NCBI GenBank assembly: GCA_963823555.1 | Contig: CAWGMA010000004.1 | Span: 96,001-160,000, forward strand | DNA length: 64,000 nucleotides | DNA from: Candidatus Eiseniibacteriota bacterium | Lineage (GTDB): Bacteria; Eisenbacteria; RBG-16-71-46; CAVPCR01 | Direction: 5' to 3' | In this document: positions 1 to 11,665 of the stretch, in pieces | Layout of the letters: each line of letters starts with the position of its first letter | How positions within the stretch are numbered: position 1 is the stretch's first letter | Notes under the pieces: model-generated | The model's input: the letters and a program-made list of their open reading frames with translations, nothing else | Told to the model about the DNA's origin: nothing | The model's database searches: none | Made by a program: the position numbers and the translations under genes

Positions 1-1158
<1,158 letters not shown>

Positions 1159-1162
<4 letters not shown>

Positions 1163-2377
1163 AGCCAATCCCTCATCAGCTTGCGGTCGCCCATGAAGAG
1201 CTCGTTGGGCGCATTGGGGTCGAGAGCCCACTTGATGCGCTCGATGCCCTCGGTGATCTCCTTGATCGTCCCGCAGTAGGAGAGGCGGAGGTGCCCCTCC
1301 ATCCCGAACTCCTTGCCGGGCACCATCACCACCCGCACCTTCTCCAGCAGGAACTCGGCGAGCTTGGTCGAGTCCTTGTTGTAGGCGCTGAAATCGGGGA
1401 AGCAGTAGAAGGTGCCGTCGGGCTTGGTCACCTTGATGCCATCGAAGGCCCGCAGGCGGTCGATCATCACATTGCGGTTGTTCTCGAGGGTGAGCCGCAG
1501 GTTGCCGATCGAGGTCTGCACCCCGTTCAGGGCGCCGACCGCCGCCCACTGTGACACCGTGACCGGCCCCGAGGTCTGGTGCGACTGGATGTTGGTCATC
1601 GCCCGCGCCAGCTCCTTGTTGACGATCGCCCAGCCGATGCGGAAGCCGGTCATGGCGTACATCTTGGACACGCCCTGGACGACGATGAGCCTGGAGCTCT
1701 CGCTCTGATCGCCGGCGAACTCGTAGGCATTGGCTGCGGTCTTGCCGTCGAAGACGAGCCGGTTGTAGAGGTCGTCCATGATCAGGTAGAGGTTCTTGCG
1801 CTCGCAGAGCGCGACGACATCGGCAATGAAGTCGCGCGAGTACATGATGCCCGATGGGTTGTTCGGGCTGTTGAGGATGATGGCCTTGGTGTAGGACCCG
1901 ACCGAGCGCGCGATCTCCTCGATGCGCGGATGGAAGGTGCCGTCTTCCGGCGTGATGGCCACCGGAACGCCGCCCGGCGAGCTTCACCATCTCGGGATAG
2001 CTCACCCAGTAGGGTGTCGGGAAGATGACCTCGTCCTTGGGTTCGAGGATGCAGTAGAGCGCGTTCATGATGGCCTGCTTGGCACCGCTCGAAACGATGA
2101 CGTTCTCCGGGGCGACGATCTTGTGATAGTGCTCTTCGGTGTAGCGAATGATCGCCTTCTTGAGCGCGGGCAGGCCGTCCGCCGGGGCGTAGCGGACATC
2201 CCCCGTGTTGAGCTGGGTCGCGGCATTGACCACGGCGTCGATGGGCGATTTGCTCTTCGGCTCACCACCCCCCAGGTGGATGACCGGCTCGCCCTTTTCG
2301 CGGAGCCAGGCCGCCGTTTCGTTGAGCTTGAGCGTGGGGGATTCGCGGATGGACCGAGCCAGCTGACTGATGCTCAT
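1159..2377 (-). CDS. PLP-dependent aspartate aminotransferase (class I/II); 1-nt frameshift near 1973
   Basis: The N-terminus MSISQLARSIRESPTLKL...SSGAKQA...PYWVSYPEMVKLAG (SD GGAGG upstream) joins ORF 1159..1962, which carries LNSPNNPSG, DDLY and GVSKMYAMTGFRIGW. Confidence 0.9.
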
Positions 2378-2432
2378 GACCTCCACCTTCCTGTGACACC
2401 GACCCGCTTGCGGGGTCGCCATGCAAGTGAGG

Positions 2433-2447
2433 GCTGTGTGTGTGCCA
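2433..2447 (-). promoter_or_regulatory. Candidate sigma-54 promoter for the aminotransferase-pckA operon
   Basis: TGGCACACACACAGC has exact GG-N10-GC spacing and lies ~55 nt upstream of the start. Confidence 0.35.
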
Positions 2448-2718
2448 TGCAGGCTTCTAAAAGGTAGCACTGGAGGCGTGGCCGGAGCTTGGAGGAGGGA
2501 TGGGATCCCGCGCTTCGTCGCCTCTTGGCCGGGCGCCAATGCCGGCCACCGGATGCCGGGAATCGTAGTGCTTCGGCCATGGACTTGCAAGGGGTGTGGC
2601 CGCGCCGGGCAGCGGTCAGCCCGGACGAGGGAGCCGGACACGCCACGAGACGAGACGCCGGCCGCTCGGCGGCGACCGGCGTCCTCCTGGCGGGTCGGAG
2701 GTCACGTCGAGCAACTGC

Positions 2719-5580
2719 TCATCGTCCGCCCGCGGGGACGCGCCGCGTCGCCTCCACCTGGCGGATCTTGATCCGCAGCAGGACCAGGAGCACGGCGACG
2801 AGGACCAGCGAGACCAGGAGCCCCGTGCGCCGCGTCTTGATCTCGGCCAGCGCCTGCTTCCCGGCCGCCAGGGCTGCGCTCGCGATCTCCATGCCCTCGT
2901 CCGTGCGCGCGATCAGTCGATCCGGATCGAAGCTGTGGATCAAGGCGCGCGATTCGACCGTCGCCGTCTTGCCCTTGCTCGTGAGCTCGAACCTCGGTTC
3001 GCTCACTTCCATGCCGGCGACCTCCGCCCGGTGCAGGAGCTCGCCCGCGGTGCGAAGCTCGCGATCGAGGCTCGACAGGGCTCCATACATGCGCACCGTG
3101 GCCTGGTCGCAGGGATCCCCGGGGGCATGGCAAGTCAGGCATGCCGAGCCGGCGAGGGGATCGACGGCGTCCCCGGGGCGATCATGGATCGAGACCGCCG
3201 CGAGAGCGGCTGTGGATTCAACGGCGAGTCTGATCTTCATGGCGTCGCCGCCGACTACCGGGGTTCCGGACAATGGCTCGATCTCGACCGTCGCTGTGAG
3301 CGGGCCGGCCGTTGCCTGGCGCACCAGCGATCCCGGCGGCTGCACTCCCGGGCGCACCGTGGCGTCCACGACCAGCGGAGACTCGAGCCCCTCGGCGCTG
3401 ATCTCGATCGAGTGCCCAAGGCGCTTGTCATCGGCCTCGACATGCGGTCGCAGCACCGTGCGCCACACGGCCTCCGCCTTGCCTCCGGCCTCGAGCGCGC
3501 CGAGCTCGGCCGCGAACGGCATCTTCTCCGTGATCTCGCCCTGTGACACCACCGGCGCCGCCTCGCTGTTGAACAGCTCGGGCGTGGGGTGGAGAACCAT
3601 GTGGTGCTCGTGGCATACCGAGCACTGGCTCACGCCCATCTCCTGGAAGAGATCCGCCTTGAAGGACTCCGTGAACAGGTTCTGCTCGCGGCCATGGCAC
3701 TGGCCGCAGACGTTGGCCACCGAGCCCACTCCCGGCGGGGCGGCCCCGTGGTTGCCGTGGCAGTCGTTGCAGGCCGGGGCGGCCACGTCGCCGGCGTCGA
3801 AGAGGGCGGCGGCGTGGGCGCTACGCCGGTAGTGCTCGTACTGATTGGTGGGAATGCCATAGCTCGACATCACGTTCGCGTCGGAATGGCAGCGCGCGCA
3901 CATCTCGGGCACGTTGGTGGCATAGACCGGCGAGTTGGGGGAGGTGACCGGGAGCACGCCGTGGGCACCGTGGCAGTCGGTGCAGGTGGCGGGGACGGGG
4001 TCGCCCTTGGCGTTGAGCTGCCCGTGCACGCTCGTCCGGTACTCGGTGAGCTGATCGACGCGGGCCTGTGGGTTGTACTTCTTCATGAAGACGGCGTCGG
4101 AGTGGCAGCGGGCGCAGAAGTCGGCGATCTGGAGTCGCGTCGGAGCGGGCCGGAACCCCTTTGCCGGCGACATCGAGACCTCGGGATCCTCGGAGGTGGG
4201 ATCGCCCCCATGACAGGCGACACAGCTGAACCCGGCGGCGGCGTGCACGTCCTTTTCCCAGTGCTGGGTCGGCTCGAGCAGATTGCCGTCGAGCTCTTGA
4301 TGACAGGTGAGACAGGTCGAGCCGGAGTGGGCTGGCGGAGCGCTCTTGCTTGGGTCCTCCGCCCGGGCGGCCGGGGCGCTCAGGACGAGGGCCGCCGCCG
4401 AGGCCACGAACAGGATCGCAAGCGTATCGGTCCGGCCGCCGGCCGCGAGCCGCCCCGCGAGCCATGGGATCACGCCGAGCGCGATCGCCGCTGCAGCCGG
4501 CCACCAGGCGTGGTACCCGACACAGGTGAGGATGACGATGAAGAGGAGCGCGATCACGCCCGCGATGGTGAAGAGCGGGCTCTTGCCGTCGCGCATGACG
4601 CGCTTGTCGAGGAAAGGCGTCAGGAACGCGAGCAAGCCCATGAGACCGAAGCCCATGATCGCGATCGCCTCGTTCTCCACGATGCCGAGGATCTCGCCTC
4701 CCGGCACGTACTTGAGGACCTGGAACATGAACATGAAGTACCACTCGGGCTTGATATTGGCGAAGGCGGGAGCGAAGGGGTCCGCCTTCTCGCCGAGCTC
4801 CCAGGGGAAGAGCGCCGCCAGCGCGGCCAGGACGGCCAGGGCCAGCGTCCAGCCGAAGAGATCGCGCAGGAGGAAGTCGGGCACGAAGGGCATCGGCCGG
4901 TTCTGGCGTTCGCTGCGCTCGATGGAGGGCGGGACGCTCATGCCGTGCTTCTGGACGAGGATCAGGTGCAGGGCGAGGAGCGCCGTCGTCACCGCTGGCA
5001 GGATGGCCACGTGCACACCGTAGAAACGGGACAGGGTGCCGCCCGTGACATGGTCGCCGCCGCGGAGGAAGCGCAGGATGAACCCGCCGACGATCGGGAC
5101 CGAACCGGCGATGTCGGTGCCGACCTTGGTCGCGAAGAAGGCGAGCTTGTTCCAGGGGAGGAGGTAGCCCGAGAAGCCGAAGGCCATGGCGAGGACGAGG
5201 AGCACGAACCCACTCAACCACGTCAGCTCGCGCGGCGCCCGGTAGGCCTTGAGGAAGAACACCGAGAAGAGATGCACGAAAGCGGCCAGCACCATCAGGT
5301 TGGCGGACCAGGAGTGGATCGAGCGGATGAGCCAGCCAAACGGTACCTGCGTCATGAGGAACTGCACCGACTCGTAGGCTCCCTCCGCCGAGGGCCGGTA
5401 GTAGAGCATGAGCAGGATGCCGGTCGCGACCTGCACGATGAAGAAGAAGAGCGTCATCCCGCCGAAGTAGTACCAGGGGGTGTGACGGTTGACCGGCACC
5501 GTCTTCTTCTCCGCTACATGGCGCAGGGCTTCGAAGCCGATCCGGTCGTCGAGCCAGCGGACGACAGTGTCCAGAGACAT
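2719..5580 (-). CDS. Cytochrome b (b6 + subunit IV type) fused to a nine-heme cytochrome c with a C-terminal membrane anchor
   Basis: Cytochrome b motifs are [31 protein letters not shown] and the Qo motif KPEWY. The linker ends SAPAARA|ED. It is followed by 9 CxxCH motifs and a hydrophobic C-terminal helix. SD GGAGG precedes ATG 5580. Confidence 0.88.
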   Translation of the reverse strand: MSLDTVVRWLDDRIGFEALRHVAEKKTVPVNRHTPWYYFGGMTLFFFIVQVATGILLMLYYRPSAEGAYESVQFLMTQVPFGWLIRSIHSWSANLMVLAAFVHLFSVFFLKAYRAPRELTWLSGFVLLVLAMAFGFSGYLLPWNKLAFFATKVGTDIAGSVPIVGGFILRFLRGGDHVTGGTLSRFYGVHVAILPAVTTALLALHLILVQKHGMSVPPSIERSERQNRPMPFVPDFLLRDLFGWTLALAVLAALAALFPWELGEKADPFAPAFANIKPEWYFMFMFQVLKYVPGGEILGIVENEAIAIMGFGLMGLLAFLTPFLDKRVMRDGKSPLFTIAGVIALLFIVILTCVGYHAWWPAAAAIALGVIPWLAGRLAAGGRTDTLAILFVASAAALVLSAPAARAEDPSKSAPPAHSGSTCLTCHQELDGNLLEPTQHWEKDVHAAAGFSCVACHGGDPTSEDPEVSMSPAKGFRPAPTRLQIADFCARCHSDAVFMKKYNPQARVDQLTEYRTSVHGQLNAKGDPVPATCTDCHGAHGVLPVTSPNSPVYATNVPEMCARCHSDANVMSSYGIPTNQYEHYRRSAHAAALFDAGDVAAPACNDCHGNHGAAPPGVGSVANVCGQCHGREQNLFTESFKADLFQEMGVSQCSVCHEHHMVLHPTPELFNSEAAPVVSQGEITEKMPFAAELGALEAGGKAEAVWRTVLRPHVEADDKRLGHSIEISAEGLESPLVVDATVRPGVQPPGSLVRQATAGPLTATVEIEPLSGTPVVGGDAMKIRLAVESTAALAAVSIHDRPGDAVDPLAGSACLTCHAPGDPCDQATVRMYGALSSLDRELRTAGELLHRAEVAGMEVSEPRFELTSKGKTATVESRALIHSFDPDRLIARTDEGMEIASAALAAGKQALAEIKTRRTGLLVSLVLVAVLLVLLRIKIRQVEATRRVPAGGR

Positions 5581-5615
5581 GGATATTCCTCCAGCTTCCC
5601 TTCGAGCCATGCGCA

Positions 5616-6125
5616 TCAGGAGCGGGTGACGAAGATGTCGTCGCCCTCGACCTGCACCTCGTATGCCGTGAGCGGGTGCGGCGGCGGTCCGGCGACGTTG
5701 GTTCCGTTCAGGTCGTACCACCCGTTATGGCAAGCACACCAGATGCGACGCGAACCCTTGTCGAACTGCACCGTGCAATCGAGGTGGGTGCACGTTGCCG
5801 AGAAGGCGCGGTACTCGCCGGGCTCCACTTCGATCAGGATTCCGGGCTGGGAGCCGAAGGGGAAGATCTTCCAGTTCTCCCCGGCCAGCTCGGGCTTCTT
5901 GGCGGCGAGGACGCGGTTGGTCGCCGCTTCGGGGACGCGAGGGGGGCTCAGGTAGCGCAGGATCGGGTAGATGACAGCCGCAGCCAGCGCCACCACCGAG
6001 AGACCGAGGACGCCGTCCAGGAACCCGCGGCGAGTCACCGGTCCCCCGCCGGGATGGGAGCGCGACGGATCGTGGGGCATGCCGGCCGCCCCACCCGGGC
6101 CTGTCGTCGATCGCGAATCCTTCAT
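5616..6125 (-). CDS. Rieske 2Fe-2S subunit of a Rieske/cytochrome b complex
   Basis: Tat motif TRRGFL plus a TM helix; CTHLDC and CACHNG boxes; GPPPHPL. The start could alternatively be 6080. Confidence 0.92.
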   Translation of the reverse strand: MKDSRSTTGPGGAAGMPHDPSRSHPGGGPVTRRGFLDGVLGLSVVALAAAVIYPILRYLSPPRVPEAATNRVLAAKKPELAGENWKIFPFGSQPGILIEVEPGEYRAFSATCTHLDCTVQFDKGSRRIWCACHNGWYDLNGTNVAGPPPHPLTAYEVQVEGDDIFVTRS

Positions 6126-6205
6126 TCCGCAAAGCCTCCCTGCTGATACCTGAGTCACACCGATTGCGCCCGCGCTCAGCGCGACGGGCAGTGAACAAAC
6201 GAATG

Positions 6206-7336
6206 CTAGCGTGTGGCTGGCGGCAGAGTCCGGTTCTCGGTGTAGAATGTCAGCCAGGTCCGATTCTCCGGACCTCCGGTCGGCGCATGCTCGTAGTGGA
6301 GCTTGAGGGTGATATAGGCCGTGGCCGAGGCCGGAACCGGGAACGCAAAGCGCTCGTTGCGCCGCTCATCCGCCTGGATGCGGGTGTCCGACTGGAACTC
6401 CACCCCCTTGGTGAAGTACTTGCTGTCCCGCGTGATGGTCTCGCCGGACGCATCCGTGAAGGTCTTGGAGTAGCTCCTCTGTTCCTCGAACGACTGCCCG
6501 GTACCCTCCCGCACGCCCAGGGCGAGGATCACCCGGCGGCCCGGCATGCCGGTCGGCACGGCGTGTCCGGCGCCCTTGTTGGCGAGCCGCACGTTGACGA
6601 TGAGCGAGTCTCCCTGACGCTCCGGCTCGAGCCAGACCGAGAGCGCCTTGTGCAGCTGATCCAGCGAATGGCCGCCAGGGACCTCATGCAGGTTGACTTC
6701 CGAGTCGGCGACGCGGGCGATCTTGGGGTCGACGACATTCGCCTTGGTCTTCGCCATGTGGCAGTCCTGGCAGTTCTTGCCTTCCCTGGCGGCGCTGCTC
6801 TCCTTCCACTCCGAGTACGTGGTCATGAGCTGGACGCCGTCCGGGGTCGTGCCCTCATGACAGGGCGCGCAGGCCAGCGCGGAGGTGTGGAGCTCGGAGA
6901 ACTCCACCTCATGCGCCGAGGACACGGCACCCTTGATCGGCCCGCGCTTGACATTGCCGATGTCGAGAACGGGCCTGGGAGTCGCGCTGCTCATGTCCAC
7001 CGAGACCATGCCATGGCACACATCGCAGTTGACGCCTTCCCAGGTGACCTTCTGGGCGAGATTCCAGTCCGAGTTGACCGCGGTGAGGGGGGCATGGCAG
7101 GCCAGACAGCGCCGGGCCACGTCATCGCCCTCGCTGGCCTTCGTTTCGCGGAATGCATCGAGGAAGATCTCGTCCTCCATGGCCCGGGCATGGGCCGAGG
7201 CGGACCACATGCGGTAGATGTCCTTGTGGCATTCGCCGCAGGTCTCGCTCGACGCGATGGTTCCGGCGATGAGCTCCGGCGACTCGAGACCAAGCGTGAT
7301 CGAGGCGACAGCGAGAAGGATCATCTTGCGGGTCAT
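6206..7336 (-). CDS. Periplasmic pentaheme cytochrome c (c554-like N-terminal module)
   Basis: Signal peptide; CGECH, CLACH, CDVCH, CAPCH, CQDCH; W..S.HA and GHAVPTG motifs. Confidence 0.88.
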   Translation of the reverse strand: MTRKMILLAVASITLGLESPELIAGTIASSETCGECHKDIYRMWSASAHARAMEDEIFLDAFRETKASEGDDVARRCLACHAPLTAVNSDWNLAQKVTWEGVNCDVCHGMVSVDMSSATPRPVLDIGNVKRGPIKGAVSSAHEVEFSELHTSALACAPCHEGTTPDGVQLMTTYSEWKESSAAREGKNCQDCHMAKTKANVVDPKIARVADSEVNLHEVPGGHSLDQLHKALSVWLEPERQGDSLIVNVRLANKGAGHAVPTGMPGRRVILALGVREGTGQSFEEQRSYSKTFTDASGETITRDSKYFTKGVEFQSDTRIQADERRNERFAFPVPASATAYITLKLHYEHAPTGGPENRTWLTFYTENRTLPPATR

Positions 7337-7628
7337 TGGGATCTCCTTGGTCGGGTGTCACCCAGAGAACCCGAGGTCATGCTCGACGGCATGCCTCCCG
7401 GGAAGTCACAGCGGGCCCGGCATTTTGCCCGACCTGGGCGTCCGATCGGTCCTGAGCGTCCGGACACCCGGCTGCGGACTGACTTCGAGTCCTGGCCGCC
7501 GGGATGTTGGAGACATACGATAAATGATATTGGGAGTGGTAGGTCCGATTTCCTGCTGGCGAGGCGTCGAACGGCGAGGGGACGGTGGCCCGGGACGGTG
7601 CCAGGCGGATGTCCAATTCATTGTCCCG

Positions 7629-7643
7629 ACAATAGATGTGCCA
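7629..7643 (-). promoter_or_regulatory. Candidate sigma-54 promoter for the cytochrome operon
   Basis: TGGCACATCTATTGT versus the consensus TGGCAC-N5-TTGC. It overlaps the palindrome ATTGTC-CC-GACAAT (7620-7633). Confidence 0.3.
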
Positions 7644-7774
7644 TCAGGCACGGTCCACGAGCGGGCTCCCCAGCCTCCGGTGATAGTCTCTTGGCCGTCT
7701 TCTCGCCGTCTCCCCGATTCGAGGCCTTGCTTCTGTGCTTCGGGGAGACCGGGTCGAAGGAAGGAGTGTTCCCG

Positions 7775-8695
7775 ATGCGGGTGGTATCGCTCTCCGGGGT
7801 CTTCGCGGCTGCGGTGACGCCGCTCAACCCGGATGGCTCTCCCGACGATGCGGCCATCCCCGACCTTCTGGCCTTCCTGGCCCGGCGCGGTTGCCATGGC
7901 GCGCTCATTCTTGGCACGACCGGCGAGGGACCGTCCTTCGCCCCGCGCGAGCGTCTCGAGATCCTCCGTGCCGCCGTGCGTGTGCGGGAGGTCCATCCCG
8001 GGTTCGGGCTCCTGGCCGGGACCGGGACCCCGAGCTTGACTGAGACCGTGGACCTGAACCGCGCGGCGTTCGATCTTGGTTTCGACGGAGTCGTGGTGCT
8101 CCCTCCGTACTACTTCCGCCGGGTCGGGGATGAGGGGCTCTTCGCCTGGTTCGCCCAGGTCATCGAGCGATCCGTCCCGGAGGATGGCCTCCTCCTCGGC
8201 TACCACATCCCGGCCGTCTCCGGCGTGCCCCTCTCGCTCGAGCTCCTGGTCCGGTTGCGCGACGCCTTTCCCGGCCGCTTCGCCGGGCTCAAGGACTCCT
8301 CGGCGGATCGCGAGCAGGCTCGGATTCTCGGTCAGCGCTTCGGCGCCGATCTCGTCATTTTCAACGGTACAGACTCGTTATTTGCGCCAGCCCTCGCAGC
8401 CGGCGCGCGGGGCTGCATCACCGCCCCGGCCAATCTCTATTCGCCGGAGCTGCGGCGGATCTGGGACGCGGCCGTCCAGGGCAACGAGGCTCCCGAGGCC
8501 CGGGCCCGCCTCGATCAAGCCCGGGCGATCCTCGATCGTTTCCCGCCCTTGCCCGCGATCATGAAGGCGCTGCTCGCGCGCTGCTGCGGCTTCCCCCGCT
8601 GGCCGGTGCGCCCGCCGCTCGTCCCGGCACCGGAGGCGACGGTGGCGCAGGCCGCAGCGGAGCTCGCGGCCGCGGGCGTGCTCCCGGCGGCATGA
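7775..8695 (+). CDS. Dihydrodipicolinate synthase (DapA/NAL) family aldolase
   Basis: GTTGE motif, PPYY, YHIP and the catalytic GLKDSS; SD AAGGAG upstream. Confidence 0.88.
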   Translation: MRVVSLSGVFAAAVTPLNPDGSPDDAAIPDLLAFLARRGCHGALILGTTGEGPSFAPRERLEILRAAVRVREVHPGFGLLAGTGTPSLTETVDLNRAAFDLGFDGVVVLPPYYFRRVGDEGLFAWFAQVIERSVPEDGLLLGYHIPAVSGVPLSLELLVRLRDAFPGRFAGLKDSSADREQARILGQRFGADLVIFNGTDSLFAPALAAGARGCITAPANLYSPELRRIWDAAVQGNEAPEARARLDQARAILDRFPPLPAIMKALLARCCGFPRWPVRPPLVPAPEATVAQAAAELAAAGVLPAA

Positions 8696-8703
8696 GGGGA
8701 GAC

Positions 8704-10060
8704 ATGGTCCGCCGCGCCGACATCGTGATCTGCGGAGCCGGGATTGCCGGGATCGCTGCGGCCTATCACCTCGCGCTTGCGCCCGGCCGGCGGCGCATCC
8801 TCCTCGTCGACGAGCGGGCGCCCCTCAGTCTCACCAGCGACAAATCCACCGAGTGCTACCGGAGCTTCTGGCCCGGACCGGATGACGCCATGGTGCGACT
8901 CATGAGTCGCAGCATCGATCTCCTCGAGGAGCTGGCGCGAAGCACGGGCAACGCGTTCCGCATGAACCGCCGTGGCTATGCGTATGCGACCGCCGATCCC
9001 GAGCGTGTTGCGCGCTTCGTGGAGGCGGCACGGCGAGCGGCGGAGCAAGGCGCCGGACCACTGCGCTGTGATGACTACGCGCCGGTGAGAGCCGGGCGTC
9101 GAGGACTTCTCCGGGGAGCCGGACGGCGCCGACGTGATCCAGGACAGGCGGACGATCCGGGCTCACTTCCCCTATCTGAGCGAGCGTACGGTGGGCGTGA
9201 TGCATCTGCGCCGATGTGGCTGGTTCAGTGGCTACGAGCTGGGGATGTGCCTGCTGGAAGCGGCGCGGGCGCGGGGCGTCGAGCTCCTGTCGGACCGCAT
9301 CGAGGGCGTGGACACGAGCGGGGGGCGCGTCCGCGAAGTCCATCTGGCGGCCGGCGGTCGGATCGCGACCGAGATCTTCATCAATGCCGCCGGTCCGTTC
9401 GTGGCGCCTGTGAGCCGGATGCTGGGGGTCGACCTCCCGGTCTTCTCCGAGCGCCATCTGAAGGTCGCCTTCACTGACCATCGCGGCGTCGTGCCTCGCG
9501 ACGCCCCGCTTCTCATCTGGACCGATCCGCAGATCCTGCCCTGGTCACCGGAGGAGCGGTCCGCACTCGAGGAATCCGCGGACACGCGGTCTCTTCTCGC
9601 TCCGTTTCCTCCCGGCGTGCACACGAGGCCGGAGGGAACGGGGGGAAGCCCGATCCTCCTCATGCTCTGGGCCTACGACGCCAGGCCGGTGGCTGAGACC
9701 TGGCCCTTGCCCGTCGATCCCACCTTCCCCGATGTCGTGCTCCGCGGTCTGGCGGCGATGGTGCCCGGATTCGAGGCCTACATCGGCCGTGCTCCGCGGC
9801 CGCTGATGGATGGCGGGTACTACACGAAGACCCGCGAGAACCGGCCCCTGGTGGGGCCGTTGCCGATCCCGGGCGCCTACGTGATCGGCGCGCTCTCGGG
9901 TTTCGGCTTGATGGCGGCCTCGGCGGCGGGCGAGCTCCTGGCGGCGCATGTGGTCGGATCTCCGCTCCCGTCCTACGCCCCGGCCTTCATGCTCGCGCGC
10001 TACGAAGATCCGGCCTATCAAGCGCTCCTTCGCGACTGGGGTGATACCGGCCAGCTCTAG
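8704..10060 (+). CDS. FAD-dependent oxidoreductase (D-amino acid/sarcosine oxidase beta family); frameshift near 9085
   Basis: GAGIAG Rossmann motif in ORF 8692..9477. The C-terminal half (INAAGP, GGYYTKTRENRPLVGP, SGFG) lies in ORF 9134..10060. Confidence 0.82.
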
Positions 10061-10071
10061 GAGGGTCGACG

Positions 10072-11043
10072 ATGATTCCTCACGAAGAACCACCTGCTGC
10101 GCCGCGTTCCTACCGGGGCATCGCCTGGCGGGCACTCCTGTTCTGGGTGCTCACGTTCATCCTTCTCATCCTGTTCGCGATCCCGGTTCGCCTCCTGCGG
10201 CGCTTCTTGCGCCGATCGGGAGTCGAGATCGCCGGCATGAGGGATGTCTCGGCCAGCGATCCCATCCTCGTCCCGGTCGCCATCGCCGAGATCGCTGCCG
10301 TGGTGCTCGCCACTCGTTTCATGATGCGGCGCGACGGCCTCGGCTGGCGGGACATCGGGCTCGGGAGCTCGAATCGTCTCCGCGATCTCGGGCTCGGGAT
10401 CGCGATCGGGACGGCGAGCTTCTCCCTGGTGCCGCTCTTGGGGCTCATCGGGGGCTGGGTCGAACTGGCATCGGACCCCGCGCTGGCGGTGCCGGGAGCC
10501 ATCGGGGGTGTCCTCGTCTCGCTCGGGATCGTCTTCCTCGCCTTGTTGCCGGCCGCTGCGTTCGAGGAGATCGGCGATCGCGGCTATGTCTTCACGCTGC
10601 TTGCCGAGCGGAGCGCCGTGGTCGCGGTGCTGGCGACGTCGCTCCTCTTCACCCTCATGCACTCGCTCAACGATGGGTTCAATGCCATCGCCTTCTTCCA
10701 TGTCTTTCTCGCCGGCTGCTCGCTGGGAATCGCCCGGCTGCGGTCCGGAGCGCTCTGGCTCCCGATCGGGTGGCACTTTGCGTGGAACGCAGCTCAGGGC
10801 TGGATCTTCGGGTGCGCCGTGAGCGGGATGCGACCGGCGGATCCCGCACTCCTGCCGCTTCGCTTCGACGGTCCGCAGATCCTCACCGGCGGCAGCTTCG
10901 GGCCCGAGTCGGGCCTCCTCGCCTTTGCCGCCGAGGTCATGACGCTCGTCTTCTACCTGAGGTTCATCCCGGCGCGTCCGCGCCGCCCGCCTGATCAGGC
11001 GCCCGGGCCGACCGCGACCAGCGCCCCGATAGACTGCCCGTAG
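10072..11043 (+). CDS. CPBP/Abi (CAAX protease-like) intramembrane metalloprotease
   Basis: Multiple TM helices; FEEIGDRGY, FTLMH and WHFAWN motifs. Confidence 0.88.
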   Translation: MIPHEEPPAAPRSYRGIAWRALLFWVLTFILLILFAIPVRLLRRFLRRSGVEIAGMRDVSASDPILVPVAIAEIAAVVLATRFMMRRDGLGWRDIGLGSSNRLRDLGLGIAIGTASFSLVPLLGLIGGWVELASDPALAVPGAIGGVLVSLGIVFLALLPAAAFEEIGDRGYVFTLLAERSAVVAVLATSLLFTLMHSLNDGFNAIAFFHVFLAGCSLGIARLRSGALWLPIGWHFAWNAAQGWIFGCAVSGMRPADPALLPLRFDGPQILTGGSFGPESGLLAFAAEVMTLVFYLRFIPARPRRPPDQAPGPTATSAPIDCP

Positions 11044-11059
11044 CTGAGTGCCTGAGATG

Positions 11060-11260
11060 CTCGCTCGCCGATTGCACGGTCCAGGGCTCTTCGCCCAAAG
11101 AAGATCATCCGGTCCCAGGTACTCCGACTTGATCGACCGCACGAAGCGCTCAGCATTGGCGTTCATGTTTGGTGCCTGGTACGCCGTCAGCAGGATCCCG
11201 ATATCGGCACCTTCCAACATGGCCTTGAAACCCTGCCCGAAAATCGAGCCCCATTCGCTT
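11060..11260 (-). mobile_element. Integrase/transposase (rve DDE core) remnant
   Basis: AYQAPNMNANAERFVRSIKSEYL, continuing after a frameshift as DRMIFFGRRALDRAIGE; no intact gene. Confidence 0.72.
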
Positions 11261-11665
11261 CCGGACACGTACGCCTACGGCCTTTCTCACCACATGGGCT
11301 GTCTAGATGTCAGCTCAGCCGAGGCTTCGAGAGCCAGGATGACCAAAACCCGGCCGGCGCGGTCGGGCGGATCAAGGGAGGGGGATGAATCTCAACCTCA
11401 TACTGAACGGCATCTTGTCCTGCCAACGGCCATGCGGTCGATGATCGGTACGATGTATGCGCTGAAGATCGCCACATCCTCTGGCTCTGCGCTGGAGGAT
11501 GAAGGCTCAGACCTCACCGCCCAGCGCCCCCCGCGGGTCCCGGCGCGAGCCGCCTGACGATGAGGCCGCTGGCGGATCCTCTCCTGTATTACATGTCCCT
11601 CGATATGCGGACAACATCCCTGCGACCAGTAGCTTCTGGCAGCAACGTAAGATCGGGAGTGGAGC

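Noticed and set aside
6164..7774. N-terminal extension of the 843-aa ORF suggesting a DHDPS fusion
   Set aside because: It is antisense to the pentaheme cytochrome gene; the real start with SD is at 7775. The same applies to the extensions of sdhA, the Zn-dehydrogenase and the DUF3616-like ORFs.
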